Assembly: GCA_041178425.1 (NCBI GenBank)
Contig: JBEGVH010000009.1
Location: 209,250 to 273,249, forward strand
Direction: 5' to 3'
Source: Pseudomonadota bacterium
GTDB taxonomy: Bacteria > Bdellovibrionota > Bdellovibrionia > Bdellovibrionales > Bdellovibrionaceae
DNA: 64,000 nucleotides
The position numbers were made by a program, and so were the translations under genes. Every line of letters starts with the position of its first letter. Positions within the stretch are counted from its first letter, which is position 1. A model generated the notes under the pieces. That model ran no database searches. It had not been told where the DNA came from and saw nothing but the letters and a program-made list of their open reading frames with translations. Positions 29,484 to 40,068 of this stretch are shown piece by piece.

Positions 29484-31757
29484 TTGCTTCAAAAATTTGT
29501 TTCTTGTTTATTCCTTGGTATCGTTCTTTTCCTCGCCGCTTGCGAGAGGCCCTCCCTTTCCAGAACAGGACTTCGTCTCATTATTGATACCTCCACAAAG
29601 CCCTCTGATTCTCAAAGTGCACAGCAAAAACAGGCCGTTCTCAATGCTTACGATGGCGGTAACGCCATCGACCCGTCCCTTATCTGCTTCGCCGTTAATA
29701 TCAATGGTCAAAGAATTCAAAGAACCAACCCGGCTAGCAACCAATCGCAAACGCTTACCTCTTCGCCAAATCCTTCGACCCCAGAGACACCATTCACTTG
29801 TGATGTGGATCGCGGTATTTTTAAATCACTCGAATCAAACGATGCATTGAGTGTCACTGTGGCCTCGGGTCAAACTCTAAAGATTGAGCTCTATGGCTAT
29901 TTACGGACGAGCACAGAAGAAACTTGCCCCACCGACATCGAGACTCATTGGAATTGGCCTCTCAACAAGATTTATCGTATCGATAGTAAGAATAACATCT
30001 CCACCGACAGTGCCAACGTTGATGTTGTGTTTCAACCCGAGTGGCCACAATCCGATCAAAACATCGTGGTTCAAAATCAGTGGCCTAAGACTTGCCTTCC
30101 TAGCCCCTCGGACACAGCTATTTTGTCGTACCTTAATCCGAATGATTTCGACTTCGATTCTGTGCACGTCTTTTTTAAAGAGGGGAAGGCCTTATTAAAG
30201 CCGAGTCACTCTTTTCAATTTACAGATGCAGAGACGACGTTTAGCAATCCCAGCAATGGAACTTTCGACAAGGTTCAATGGAGCCCTTCTAAGTCTGCTC
30301 TTATTCTCGATCACGAAGCCATAAACAACGCCACCGTTGCCTACGAAGTGCGCCCCTCAGGCAACTACACCTCCAAGGTCTTTGATGGCGGAAGCGTGCT
30401 CCAAAGCTGGACCCATCTTGGCTGGGTGTCACGACTGCCTTTTGGTAAACCACTGCCAGATACTAATGAGTCGGAAACTCCTTCAAACTATTCTGATTTA
30501 GTAGACTCGAATCTCATGGCGAATATCGTTGGAGTATGGCATATGGACAACCACAACGAAGCCCTAAATGCCACGTCAGTCCCTGGTCGGTTTCATGTAG
30601 CAACTCATTTTAGCGGGTCAACTAATAGCTATCGGCGAATACCAGCTCCCACGAGTCTTCCTCTTGGCAATACCTCGCGAACAGTGACCGCATGGATAAA
30701 GGCGGATTCTCCACTAGTATCGACCTGGGGTTCGATCGTTAACTGGGGCCAGGGTGACTGCTCAAATCTCATGTTTGGCTTGGGCACCCAATCGGCAAAA
30801 CTCACGATCTGGGGTGGATGTTACGACTACGATACAGGCTTATCTATTCCAACCAACCGCTGGGCATTTGTGGCGGTGGCTTTTGATGGAACGACTGTTC
30901 GCGCATACGTTGACCATCAAATGGCCTCTCAAAATAAGCCCAATTACAACACACAGCCGAGTGACCTTTTTATTGGTGGTGAGTCAATCAATAACAGTAC
31001 TATCCGGGCTTCCTTTAAAGGCGCCATTGACGAGGTGGCGATTTGGTCACGAGCCCTCACCGACGAAGAAATAAGACAAATTTATCGCCGCGGAGCGAAC
31101 CGTATTAACTTTCAGGTGAGGGTCAGCGATACCCATTCAATAGACTCCGCCGTTTCGCCCTGGCTAGGCGCTGACAGATCAGGGAACACCTCATTCTCTG
31201 AAATCTATAATTCCCTCTCAAACTCGCTGTTGGATCATATTAAAACAACTTTTGCTCTGATGAGTTTTGAGAATTTTGAATTAACAACCGCCTTGAGTAC
31301 TAAGAGGTACTTTCAATACAGAGTTACCCTCGAGAGCGATGATCAAAGCAATCATTGTAACTATGGAACCACCAACACCTGGTGCTCGCCTGAATTAAGC
31401 AAGGTTATGATAAATGAAGTCTCTCAATACACAAACTTATCCACTGTCATCAATACCAATGCATTGCCAGTTTCCAACCCCACTGGTTTTACTGAGCAGT
31501 TAGGAACCGCTGGATGTCCTGCGCGGATTGTCTATACACTCTCTCAAGACCGACAGGTTTGGAATTATTGGAATGGAACACGCTGGACAATCGCTGATGG
31601 CAGTGTGGTTCAAACAAATTCATCGCAAGACCTCGATACCCATATTGCGAGCTTTATGCCGACGAGCTCTTCGAAGAGTTCCCTTTACATTAAAGCGTTC
31701 TTACGCTCAAGCGGACAAAGCCCTTGTGAACTGAGTAGGATTGAAGTCGCGCAATGA
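29484..31757 (+). CDS. Lipoprotein with a LamG/concanavalin-A-like domain
   Basis: Lipobox LAAC; TVTAWIK, WAFVAVAFDG and FKGAIDEVAIWSRALTDEEI are LamG-like signatures. Confidence 0.85.
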   Translation: MLQKFVSCLFLGIVLFLAACERPSLSRTGLRLIIDTSTKPSDSQSAQQKQAVLNAYDGGNAIDPSLICFAVNINGQRIQRTNPASNQSQTLTSSPNPSTPETPFTCDVDRGIFKSLESNDALSVTVASGQTLKIELYGYLRTSTEETCPTDIETHWNWPLNKIYRIDSKNNISTDSANVDVVFQPEWPQSDQNIVVQNQWPKTCLPSPSDTAILSYLNPNDFDFDSVHVFFKEGKALLKPSHSFQFTDAETTFSNPSNGTFDKVQWSPSKSALILDHEAINNATVAYEVRPSGNYTSKVFDGGSVLQSWTHLGWVSRLPFGKPLPDTNESETPSNYSDLVDSNLMANIVGVWHMDNHNEALNATSVPGRFHVATHFSGSTNSYRRIPAPTSLPLGNTSRTVTAWIKADSPLVSTWGSIVNWGQGDCSNLMFGLGTQSAKLTIWGGCYDYDTGLSIPTNRWAFVAVAFDGTTVRAYVDHQMASQNKPNYNTQPSDLFIGGESINNSTIRASFKGAIDEVAIWSRALTDEEIRQIYRRGANRINFQVRVSDTHSIDSAVSPWLGADRSGNTSFSEIYNSLSNSLLDHIKTTFALMSFENFELTTALSTKRYFQYRVTLESDDQSNHCNYGTTNTWCSPELSKVMINEVSQYTNLSTVINTNALPVSNPTGFTEQLGTAGCPARIVYTLSQDRQVWNYWNGTRWTIADGSVVQTNSSQDLDTHIASFMPTSSSKSSLYIKAFLRSSGQSPCELSRIEVAQ

Positions 31758-31812
31758 GCAAACGTTCGAAAGCTTTTGATGAGGTGCCCTTGTCGAATAC
31801 TTTCACTCGCAC

Positions 31813-32928
31813 CTAAATAGGTTTTTCCTGCATAATTTTTTGTCTTAGTGCAGCCAATCGCTTCGATGTCTCTCTCTTCATGGCCTCGAGCCTTTCTAGT
31901 CGCATCTGCTGTTCTTCGATCATTCTATTGACATGGTTGAGCACGAAGGCACGCTCTTCAGCTTTTGAAGGTAAATCTGTCTCTCCGAGTGAAAAACTAA
32001 ATTCATACATATTATCGGTGAGACTGACTTTGAGTTTTTTTGCAGCACTTTCAGTGATGCGAATCACTCCGGCGCCACCCTTGATAATTTTAACGGCGTG
32101 ATCAAGCCTGCGGGCCGCAAACGATAACATACCTATTGAGTGCTGAAGACTATAAGAGACACCATTGACGAACTGCTTTTGCTCGACGGTGCTGAGTTCA
32201 TTTAATTGCGGAGACAAACTTGCTTTGTAGGCGTATTTAGCGTCTTGAAAATACGTGCCGATTTCTTGAAAACTGAGGTAAAGCTCATAGGGATGAGTGG
32301 TAGGGATATCTCTGTTAGTCATCACCACGAGCCCCTCAAAGAGGGACGGATCGCCTGTTCTTAATTTATGGGTGTAGCTCGCATGCCGAATCTCATGGTA
32401 AAGAAAAACATTGGGCTCGCCCGAGATCGCCACCAAATGAGGAATTCCAATTTCGTTGGTGGCCGACTGAAAATAAGCGGTGCTACCGTCCATGAGTTGG
32501 CGTGGATTATAGGTAAGACTCACTCCCATGGTTTTGTGAAGCTTGGCCGCCATTCGATTGAGAACTGAGCCTTGATCATCGGGAACAATTACGAGCTTCG
32601 AGCTCTTGGTCAAAACAAGATAACGCTTTTGCACGTCTTCGAGCACCGTGACACCATTTTTTTCAAAGGCCCGCCGTGCGTTTTCTAATTGTTCTTCTGG
32701 TTTCAATTTTACAAATAATCGATACTCTTCAGACTGAAGCAAACGATATTGACTTTCAAAGAGCCGAAACAACTGAGGATTGTCACGCAGCAAGACCTCA
32801 GCTTCCAACATCACTGGCGTAGGAATAAGCGTCGAATCTCGCAGTGACATTTGACACTGATCGGGCCGAGATTGGGAATAACCCCTCTGCAAGAAAAATA
32901 AAACTACACAAATCACAAAAAACTTCAT
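31813..32928 (-). CDS. Secreted protein with an HExxH motif (possible zincin metallopeptidase)
   Basis: Signal peptide MKFFVICVVLFF; YHEIRH plus a downstream SFQE; the ATG overlaps the stop of the upstream gene (ATGA). Confidence 0.7.
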   Translation of the reverse strand: MKFFVICVVLFFLQRGYSQSRPDQCQMSLRDSTLIPTPVMLEAEVLLRDNPQLFRLFESQYRLLQSEEYRLFVKLKPEEQLENARRAFEKNGVTVLEDVQKRYLVLTKSSKLVIVPDDQGSVLNRMAAKLHKTMGVSLTYNPRQLMDGSTAYFQSATNEIGIPHLVAISGEPNVFLYHEIRHASYTHKLRTGDPSLFEGLVVMTNRDIPTTHPYELYLSFQEIGTYFQDAKYAYKASLSPQLNELSTVEQKQFVNGVSYSLQHSIGMLSFAARRLDHAVKIIKGGAGVIRITESAAKKLKVSLTDNMYEFSFSLGETDLPSKAEERAFVLNHVNRMIEEQQMRLERLEAMKRETSKRLAALRQKIMQEKPI

Positions 32929-35900
32929 ATAGCCCTCTTGTTGAGAGATTTGCTGCATGCACCTTTACTCGATGGCCGATTTGAGGCCCGAGACTCTTTT
33001 TCTAACTGCTCTTCCATTTCAGTGATGATTTTTTGATAATTACGCCGAATCTCATAGTTCGCATCATCTATCATAAACTGACCAGGATCGCGCGGAATCA
33101 ACCCTTTCTTGAATGCCCTATAGAGACGACGATAAACAATAAGTCTTTGCTCGACATTGTTTGATTTTAAAAGGGATAGCATTCGTCCATCCAAAGGTTC
33201 GCTTATCGCTACCCGTTTTTCTATAGTATCATTCACGATCGAATTTTCGGCGAGACTAAGAATTTGCAAGAGATCTAAGACCGCAGGTCGCCCCCAAAAG
33301 CGGTTTGTTTTTTTAGGATTAGGATCAAGAAAATCGTCAAACCTAGAAATCGCTTCAAAAGAGGTCTTTTCGAGTGGGAGCTCTTTTTCGCGAGTTGTAT
33401 GATCCCAAATAAACGATGAAAGCTCTTGCCATTTGTGTTGTTCGAGAAGAGCGATCAATTGAGCTAAATTTAGATCTTCAGATGTTTTTTTGGCTACGGT
33501 CGATCTTGCCGATTTACCCCAATTAACCGAATTAAAAACGCTCGAAAACCAATTCTTCTTTTCAACCACCTCAGGTCTAAAGAGCTCCCTATCTGAATCG
33601 GCTAGGGTTCGCCCCTGCAAAAGGTCAGAGGAGGAAAGAGATAGTTTAGGTCGAAACACAACCATGACCTTCAAGAGAGTGATAGCATCCATCTTTTTTG
33701 TGCTAAAAAACTCACTGACTTCATTGGCAGTCCAGTCCTCATGGGCTATATAGCGCTTCACCAACTGAAGGTTTGCTAGTTTATTGGCTCGCTCAAGAAA
33801 CGTTAGCAACAACTCTTTATATTGCCTTGTAGTCATAAGCTTTCGAAACGCATCGAACCCATCACCCAACAAAAAAAAGGTCGAGTTGGAGAAACGATTC
33901 AATTCTCTGTTGGAATCGATTTTCCACTGTTCTGGCCAATAACCATTTTTTTTCGCTAAAGCTAGTTTTTCATCGAAGTTCAAACTCTCAAGCAAAGGGA
34001 TTGTCATCTCGAAAGTTAAAAGGGGCTTCAGAATTTCCTTCTCTTCATTCGTCAATTTTTTAAAGTTTTCTGGAAGAGCAAAAAACGCCGCCGACCTCGA
34101 ATCATGAACGCCAAACCTAATTCGATTGATTCGAATTTTTTCTGCTAAAGGTATATTCTCGTTACAAGATCTCATGATTTCGGCATCGCTAAGCTGGCGA
34201 TGGGCACGTAACAAACTTACGGCAAAGGAGGATTCCCCTGGCCATCGCTCTAAGACCTTTAACAAATCTGGCCATTGAGGCAAGGCCTCAAGTCGTTCCA
34301 TCGAGTGAGCCTCTAGCAAACCCTCCATCAGAGCAATGAAGGCCTTGGATTTTCTCTGAGTCTCGCTGAGCACTTTTTTTGGACTAGGGCTTAAAAACTC
34401 GTTGAGTCGTTTTAGATAGAGCAACGGATTAAGTTCAGACCTCCGAGCCGAGGCCATCGATTCTTCACTGTATTCGACGAGGAATCGATCGATGAGGGCC
34501 AGCAAAGACTCCGGGTTGGTTGTCGACAGGGAGGTGACAAGATTTCGAATGGATCGACTGTCAATTTCTCCGTGCAACCAATAATTCAAAAGAATATGGG
34601 ATAATTCATAATTGTTTGCATCAACACGAACAGCTTCAAGATTTTGGACCAACGGATAATGGTTAATAATGATATCAACATTGTAATAATTAACGAGGGC
34701 ATCCATCAACTCCCACTCGTCCGAAGAGAGCCCCTCGTTGGCTGAGAATTTTGAGTTTTGTAACTTATCGAAGTCGACTATTCTAAGATGGGAAATGTCT
34801 TCAGCCAGTCTCAGCGACAAAATATAACCTAGGTAATCGTTGTTTTTCTTTTTAGCGTAACCATCAGCGACGGAGATCCTGCCCGAAGTGTAAAGACCTC
34901 GGCCATGAACGGCGACCCCTTGTTCCGATGAACTTAAATAAAATCCATTTCTTAAAATTGACGTGACAGCACCGAGATCATCCACCCCATGATAAAGGCG
35001 GTGATTTTGATCGGTGTGTTTCTTTTTGAACTGATCCACAGTCATCAAATATTCAGCGGGCAGTTCCTTTTTAGGCCTTTGCCACAATGGCCTGATAGGA
35101 ACAAAGATTTTCAGTGGGCGTCCCATGTTGTTGGAGACCTCCAGAAATTTTTGCACTACGGGGTCATCAGGTTGCCGAAATAAGCGATTATTCCCAGCAC
35201 TCAATCGGGCGTTGAGTGCAATTTTCACAAGTTGTTTTTGGATTGCGGCTCTTTGATAGTCTTCAACATCGGCTAAGGGATAGGACAAGTCTTTGAGCAA
35301 TACGTCGCTCGTTTTTAGATTCAAAAACGGAATCTCTACCATTGGTCGCAACCCACGCAAGGCCTGCTTGAGATAATTATCAGTTCCGCTCTCTTCAAAT
35401 TCTGGTGCCAAGTAATCGTATTCGCCACGTATAAAGGAATCGATGGTGTCTGGTGCCCTTGAGGGGTTTATAAATTCACCCATCGTCAAATCAAAGGCTA
35501 GCATATCGAGAGTGCTCCCCCCCTGCGAAATGGCACGGTGGAGTTGTGACTGAACTTCGTGTACTTCACCAACGGTCGTCGTTAACCTTTGAAACCACTG
35601 GTCTGCCGGCTTCCCTTTCTGCTCATTCTGAAGTGTCTGGGTAAAAATCGATTCTACTTGTTCAATAGCTCGATATGAACGATCGGATCGCACATAAAGG
35701 TCGAAGTCGCTTCCCACTCCTAAAATCAACGATGAATCAAAAGACGACTGGGCGAGAATTTTGTTAAAAACCTCATTCGTTTTTACATCGGGATTGTTTC
35801 GCCATTCTTGATGAAGTCGATCATAAATAAACCCCAACATAGTTCGCACAATTCCCGGGGCCAATATTAGATGAGCCTCAGGATCAATAGCCTGCAAGCG

Positions 35901-36242
35901 TTCTTGAGCCAGAGTTAAAAGAGAGATTTTCTTTCCATCTTCGTATTTTATAAGCAAATGGGGTATAAGATGCTTAATAACGGCGGTTAATTGACTTTTA
36001 ACCCGATAAACTTCCGATGCAGGAATTTGCGACGGACCCAGTCTCCGGTACTCACGTGCAACAAACAAGTTCGGAAATTCTTTGTGTAGGTCAATTGCTC
36101 CACCCAGTTGATTGAGAATCTCATTACGGTCGCCCTTTGCAAAGGAGAGGGTGGCCGCCCCAACGATGAGCGCCAAAACAAAGAAGGCTATATTTCTGAA
36201 TCCTCTGAGGACCATGAGCGGGCTCAACATTTTACCTTTCAA
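32925..36242 (-). CDS. Large secreted multidomain protein with nucleotidyltransferase-like and PARP-type ADP-ribosyltransferase-like motifs
   Basis: Signal peptide ending LSFA; APGIVRTMLG...GSDFDLYV; LYHG...ILRNGF...HGRGLYTS...ADGYA. The ORF is solid, but the domain calls are motif-based. Confidence 0.7.
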   Translation of the reverse strand: MKGKMLSPLMVLRGFRNIAFFVLALIVGAATLSFAKGDRNEILNQLGGAIDLHKEFPNLFVAREYRRLGPSQIPASEVYRVKSQLTAVIKHLIPHLLIKYEDGKKISLLTLAQERLQAIDPEAHLILAPGIVRTMLGFIYDRLHQEWRNNPDVKTNEVFNKILAQSSFDSSLILGVGSDFDLYVRSDRSYRAIEQVESIFTQTLQNEQKGKPADQWFQRLTTTVGEVHEVQSQLHRAISQGGSTLDMLAFDLTMGEFINPSRAPDTIDSFIRGEYDYLAPEFEESGTDNYLKQALRGLRPMVEIPFLNLKTSDVLLKDLSYPLADVEDYQRAAIQKQLVKIALNARLSAGNNRLFRQPDDPVVQKFLEVSNNMGRPLKIFVPIRPLWQRPKKELPAEYLMTVDQFKKKHTDQNHRLYHGVDDLGAVTSILRNGFYLSSSEQGVAVHGRGLYTSGRISVADGYAKKKNNDYLGYILSLRLAEDISHLRIVDFDKLQNSKFSANEGLSSDEWELMDALVNYYNVDIIINHYPLVQNLEAVRVDANNYELSHILLNYWLHGEIDSRSIRNLVTSLSTTNPESLLALIDRFLVEYSEESMASARRSELNPLLYLKRLNEFLSPSPKKVLSETQRKSKAFIALMEGLLEAHSMERLEALPQWPDLLKVLERWPGESSFAVSLLRAHRQLSDAEIMRSCNENIPLAEKIRINRIRFGVHDSRSAAFFALPENFKKLTNEEKEILKPLLTFEMTIPLLESLNFDEKLALAKKNGYWPEQWKIDSNRELNRFSNSTFFLLGDGFDAFRKLMTTRQYKELLLTFLERANKLANLQLVKRYIAHEDWTANEVSEFFSTKKMDAITLLKVMVVFRPKLSLSSSDLLQGRTLADSDRELFRPEVVEKKNWFSSVFNSVNWGKSARSTVAKKTSEDLNLAQLIALLEQHKWQELSSFIWDHTTREKELPLEKTSFEAISRFDDFLDPNPKKTNRFWGRPAVLDLLQILSLAENSIVNDTIEKRVAISEPLDGRMLSLLKSNNVEQRLIVYRRLYRAFKKGLIPRDPGQFMIDDANYEIRRNYQKIITEMEEQLEKESRASNRPSSKGACSKSLNKRAI

Positions 36243-36637
36243 ACGATGAATTGGGCTCGAGTGCTAACAAAACTTTTTCTAACGCAAGAATTATTCCAAA
36301 AAATAACCCGCCAAGACGCTCTCCTGAGCGACCCAACTGTCAAAAGAAAAGACAGAGATGAGTCAAAAAAGGCAAACACCATCTTTTTTGCGTACTCCCT
36401 GCAGGGGAGTTTTTTAGCTCAACTTCTGGACACTTGCCGCAAGATCCACAAAAACACCTTTTGTTTACGACAGATAGCCTGTCTACTTTTTTTGTGTCCT
36501 TTTGAGACTTCGACACCGAATCTAGGTGGCGTTTCATCAATTTTTCCCATAGCATCCAATTTGTTTGATTTAATGGGCGGCTTTGGTTTTGCTTTTAAAC
36601 ACTATGAGCCATTAATACCTAGAGGAGCGTTGCGCCT

Positions 36638-38887
36638 ATGTTAAAAACAAAAATCACTGGTGTATCGATCGCTTTAGGGAGCTTGATTCTAGCGGCCTGT
36701 TCGCAAGGGCCCTTTGCGCTCGAATCCCTCGAGGGTCTCCAGCGAGGTTTAGCCAGTGAGGACGCCAATGATTCGAACCTCACGAGGTTAGCGACCGACT
36801 GTAATGTGAACCATGATCTCCCTCTACTCACTCACTATGATCTTAAAACGCAACAATTTAAATTGGATGGTGTTGATCCCGTACCGCAATTGGCAAACCT
36901 CAATGCTTTGATCGAATATCAATCCGGTGTGCCCTATACCTTTTTTTGGGCTAATCAGTTTATTCCTGGCCAAGGCAAAGCCTTAGCCACGAACTTCGAC
37001 GATCAAACCTTCTCTGACGATGAGGTAAAATCGGTTCTGCGAGATGTTTGCCGAATCACAGGTACGGCTTTTCATTTACGTCAACCCCGAACGATTATAA
37101 CCAACCGAAATAGTCTTAAAAAATCGCTCAAACGAATCGCCGATGGGCAAGTTGTCCATTCCCTGGTCTTCAGGGAAAATTTGTTCACTATTATTCTTCC
37201 CCCAAAATGGAATCCACAAGCTGCTTATAAATATCCTTTATTTATTAATGGCTTTTACGGACTGAACGCCAACCTGATTCGTCAAGAAGGCCCAAGCCTC
37301 ATGAAACTCGTTGCTCAGTCCTACTCGGTTGATCGACGAGGCGCGATCGGAATCCTATGGAATGGCGGCGGTGCCGCAGCTTCTTTCACGACGGCGGATC
37401 AAGCTTACATCGACTTGAATGACTTTTTAAAAATAGCCATTCCCGAACTCAATATCGCCGCTAACCGAGTAATTACCTTTGGCGGTTCTCGAGGGGCCTA
37501 CACGGCTTTAAGTATTGCCTCTCATCCAAAGGTGAGTGCCATTAACGTAAAGTATGTTCATGCGATGAACCCCTTTAACGATGTGAAAACAATTGACGAG
37601 CTCAAGGGCTCAACCATTTTTCAACTGATGAGTATTGGTGATCAACAGTCGGGATACTATGGTACTTGGGAAAAAGGCTTTAGAATGCCCGATGGAACGC
37701 CTCCGCCGACCACAGATGAAAGCGTTAATCTGGATCGTGCCGACAAATTACAGAAATTAAAGGCCAACAATACAGCGCTTAAGTTTTTTGTTGGTACACA
37801 TGATTTTATTGTTCCCACGATGGTCAAAATGCAGTTGTTCGAAACTTATTTGGCGAACGGACTGAATGCAGAGATGTCTCTCTTTTATCTGAATGGCCAT
37901 ACACCCGATAGACACCTTCGCGATCAGGAACTCCTGTCGGTGCTATTAAAAACAAAAAATCTCAAGAACTCTATCAGCCTTGTGACCAAAGGAAAGGTGA
38001 ACTCGTTCTTGCTTGACGAAAACGGCGCCAACCAAAATCTCAATCTTACGCAAACAAACGAGACTCCCCTCATCATAGAAATACCTCGTTATTTAAACGA
38101 CAACATCAAGGGCCATCTCTTTGCCAGGGGAAAACCAGGCTCCAGCTATGTTTTAACTTTTGTGAATTCAGTGAATGAGCGCTTCGAACTACCTTTTACA
38201 TTAGATCAAAAAGGCTATGTCATTCGGCCTCTCGAGACACTCTTTTTGCCTTATGGCGAATTGGAGTTAGAGAGCATTAAGCCTATGGGCGCGTCCAACA
38301 GCCTGAAGGGGTTCAAAACTACACTCCCGCTTCATACGCCCCTAAAAATGTTTCACTCGTCTGAACGCACTCGAAGTCTCCAGCAAACACCCTGGGATTT
38401 GAGCATTCAATCACTTAGGGGAAACAATGAAGCACTTGCTCTAAAGTTGAATGGTGTGGCCGTTGGCTCAAACAATGGGTTGGTTGTCTTTCCGGATGGT
38501 ACCTATGTACCGCCACAACTTTCGATCGATCAAAGTTGCGCGTCTGAAACTCATTGCGTCGTGCAAACCAAGGCAAAAATAAGCACTCAGCACATTGGTA
38601 AAAGCGGATCGCTCTACGCCTATGTGATTGGCACCGCGGGCCGCAAGAATTATTACGATGGCAAAGGGAATTGGATAAATGAAGCCAATTTAGTCGACGG
38701 TAAGCCGATTGCTTTCTACACCGGTCCACTAAAAACCGTTCATATTGATAGCGTGGCGGAGGGTGATCTCAGGGGCTCCGTCGGGCTCTCTATTTTCTTT
38801 GGCTATGGTCTTGGAACAAATGCTTACACCGAAATGATCGACTCTGGCCGATTCCTCCAGAGCGTTCGATCAAATAACAATCAATAA
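36638..38887 (+). CDS. Lipoprotein with an alpha/beta-hydrolase-like domain
   Basis: Lipobox LAAC; nucleophile elbow FGGSRGA; later HDFIVP and NGH candidate Asp/His residues; AGGAG SD. Confidence 0.75.
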   Translation: MLKTKITGVSIALGSLILAACSQGPFALESLEGLQRGLASEDANDSNLTRLATDCNVNHDLPLLTHYDLKTQQFKLDGVDPVPQLANLNALIEYQSGVPYTFFWANQFIPGQGKALATNFDDQTFSDDEVKSVLRDVCRITGTAFHLRQPRTIITNRNSLKKSLKRIADGQVVHSLVFRENLFTIILPPKWNPQAAYKYPLFINGFYGLNANLIRQEGPSLMKLVAQSYSVDRRGAIGILWNGGGAAASFTTADQAYIDLNDFLKIAIPELNIAANRVITFGGSRGAYTALSIASHPKVSAINVKYVHAMNPFNDVKTIDELKGSTIFQLMSIGDQQSGYYGTWEKGFRMPDGTPPPTTDESVNLDRADKLQKLKANNTALKFFVGTHDFIVPTMVKMQLFETYLANGLNAEMSLFYLNGHTPDRHLRDQELLSVLLKTKNLKNSISLVTKGKVNSFLLDENGANQNLNLTQTNETPLIIEIPRYLNDNIKGHLFARGKPGSSYVLTFVNSVNERFELPFTLDQKGYVIRPLETLFLPYGELELESIKPMGASNSLKGFKTTLPLHTPLKMFHSSERTRSLQQTPWDLSIQSLRGNNEALALKLNGVAVGSNNGLVVFPDGTYVPPQLSIDQSCASETHCVVQTKAKISTQHIGKSGSLYAYVIGTAGRKNYYDGKGNWINEANLVDGKPIAFYTGPLKTVHIDSVAEGDLRGSVGLSIFFGYGLGTNAYTEMIDSGRFLQSVRSNNNQ

Positions 38888-38890
38888 ATG

Positions 38891-39778
38891 CTAGGTGTGA
38901 TCTTTTAAAACAAAAATAGGTTGCTTACTGCCTCGAATAATTTGGCGAGTAACACTACCACCCATCAAGGCCTTAACCGCACTACTTTTTGCAGCAACCA
39001 CCAACAGATCGGCTTTAATTTTGTTGGCTGCTTTTAGGCAGAGTTTACTCGTCGATAGAAACTCTGACTTAACGACAACAGAGCAGGAAACACTATACCG
39101 TCGGGCCTGCTCTTCAATGGACGCTTTTATTTTTTCTATTTTTCGTCGCTCCTTCAAAATCTCTGGGCTAGATTCATCGAGAGACCAACGATACGTAACT
39201 GGGGCTGCATGAAACACTGTCACTTGTGCTTTATGCTCTTTTGCTAACTTGAGCACAGATGAGAGGTGCTTTTGTGTTTGTGGCCCCAAATCGCAGGCAA
39301 AGAAAATCTGCTTTAACCTTTTCGGTAGTGGATTTTTTGGGTGAACAATCAATAGATTGATCTTGCTACGGTGGATGGCAGTTTCAGCAAAGCTACCTAA
39401 TAAAAACCGACTTAACCCTTTTTTGTTATGACTGTAGAAGACGAGAAGTTCACTCTTCTTTTCTTTCGCCAGACTCAAAAGCGAATCCACCGCTTTAGTC
39501 AATGATGGGTTCGACGCTTCGACGACATGTACCTGCTCTTCTTGAACCTTAATTTTTGCCGACAGTAGGGACTGTTTCATTAAGTGTCGTGGGTCCACAG
39601 ATGGGCGCTCTTCTGGGGGAACTTCAAAGGCGAGGTGAAGTTCGGATTCGTATCGGGTAACGGCATATCCAATGTCTATAGCCTTTTTTTCTTTTGCAAA
39701 AAGATGGAGAAACGCAAATAGCTCCCTCAGTTTTTTCTTTTTCTGGTAAAAAGGTTCTAAAGCCCAAAGTATTTTCAT
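38891..39778 (-). CDS. Tandem universal stress protein
   Basis: Two USP domains with RFLLGSFAE and LMGGSVTRQII motifs. Confidence 0.88.
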   Translation of the reverse strand: MKILWALEPFYQKKKKLRELFAFLHLFAKEKKAIDIGYAVTRYESELHLAFEVPPEERPSVDPRHLMKQSLLSAKIKVQEEQVHVVEASNPSLTKAVDSLLSLAKEKKSELLVFYSHNKKGLSRFLLGSFAETAIHRSKINLLIVHPKNPLPKRLKQIFFACDLGPQTQKHLSSVLKLAKEHKAQVTVFHAAPVTYRWSLDESSPEILKERRKIEKIKASIEEQARRYSVSCSVVVKSEFLSTSKLCLKAANKIKADLLVVAAKSSAVKALMGGSVTRQIIRGSKQPIFVLKDHT

Positions 39779-39987
39779 ACTCACCCCCACTAGACCCGAA
39801 TAAACACATCTCGTTTTGTATCTGATCGATATAAATCAAAATGGGCAATTTAAGGTTTATTCATGAGCGAGCCCGTCTCGAGGCTCAGGAGTTTTTGTTG
39901 AGCCGGTGGCAGCGACATTTTTCGCCTTCACGCATGTAAAAAAACTAGGCCCTGGTTAGCTGACGGGTGCACACGATCGCCCTCGAA

Positions 39988-40004
39988 TGGGCACATCAAT
40001 TGCC
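39988..40004 (+). promoter_or_regulatory. Putative sigma-54 -24/-12 promoter
   Basis: TGGGCACATCAATTGCC (GGCAC-N5-TTGC) upstream of the secreted metallopeptidase-like gene. Confidence 0.55.
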
Positions 40005-40068
40005 AAAGAATCAGTGGACTCCCACTCATGATAATCGGAGTCGGCAGGACATATTTTGGAGGTCTTGA

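Noticed and set aside
36108..36644. 178-aa plus-strand ORF
   Set aside because: Overlaps the starts of both flanking genes, has no recognisable motifs and spans a divergent promoter region.
39800..40060. Possible riboswitch or ncRNA in the GC-richer intergenic region
   Set aside because: I could not match any conserved aptamer motif by eye; an Infernal/Rfam scan would be needed.
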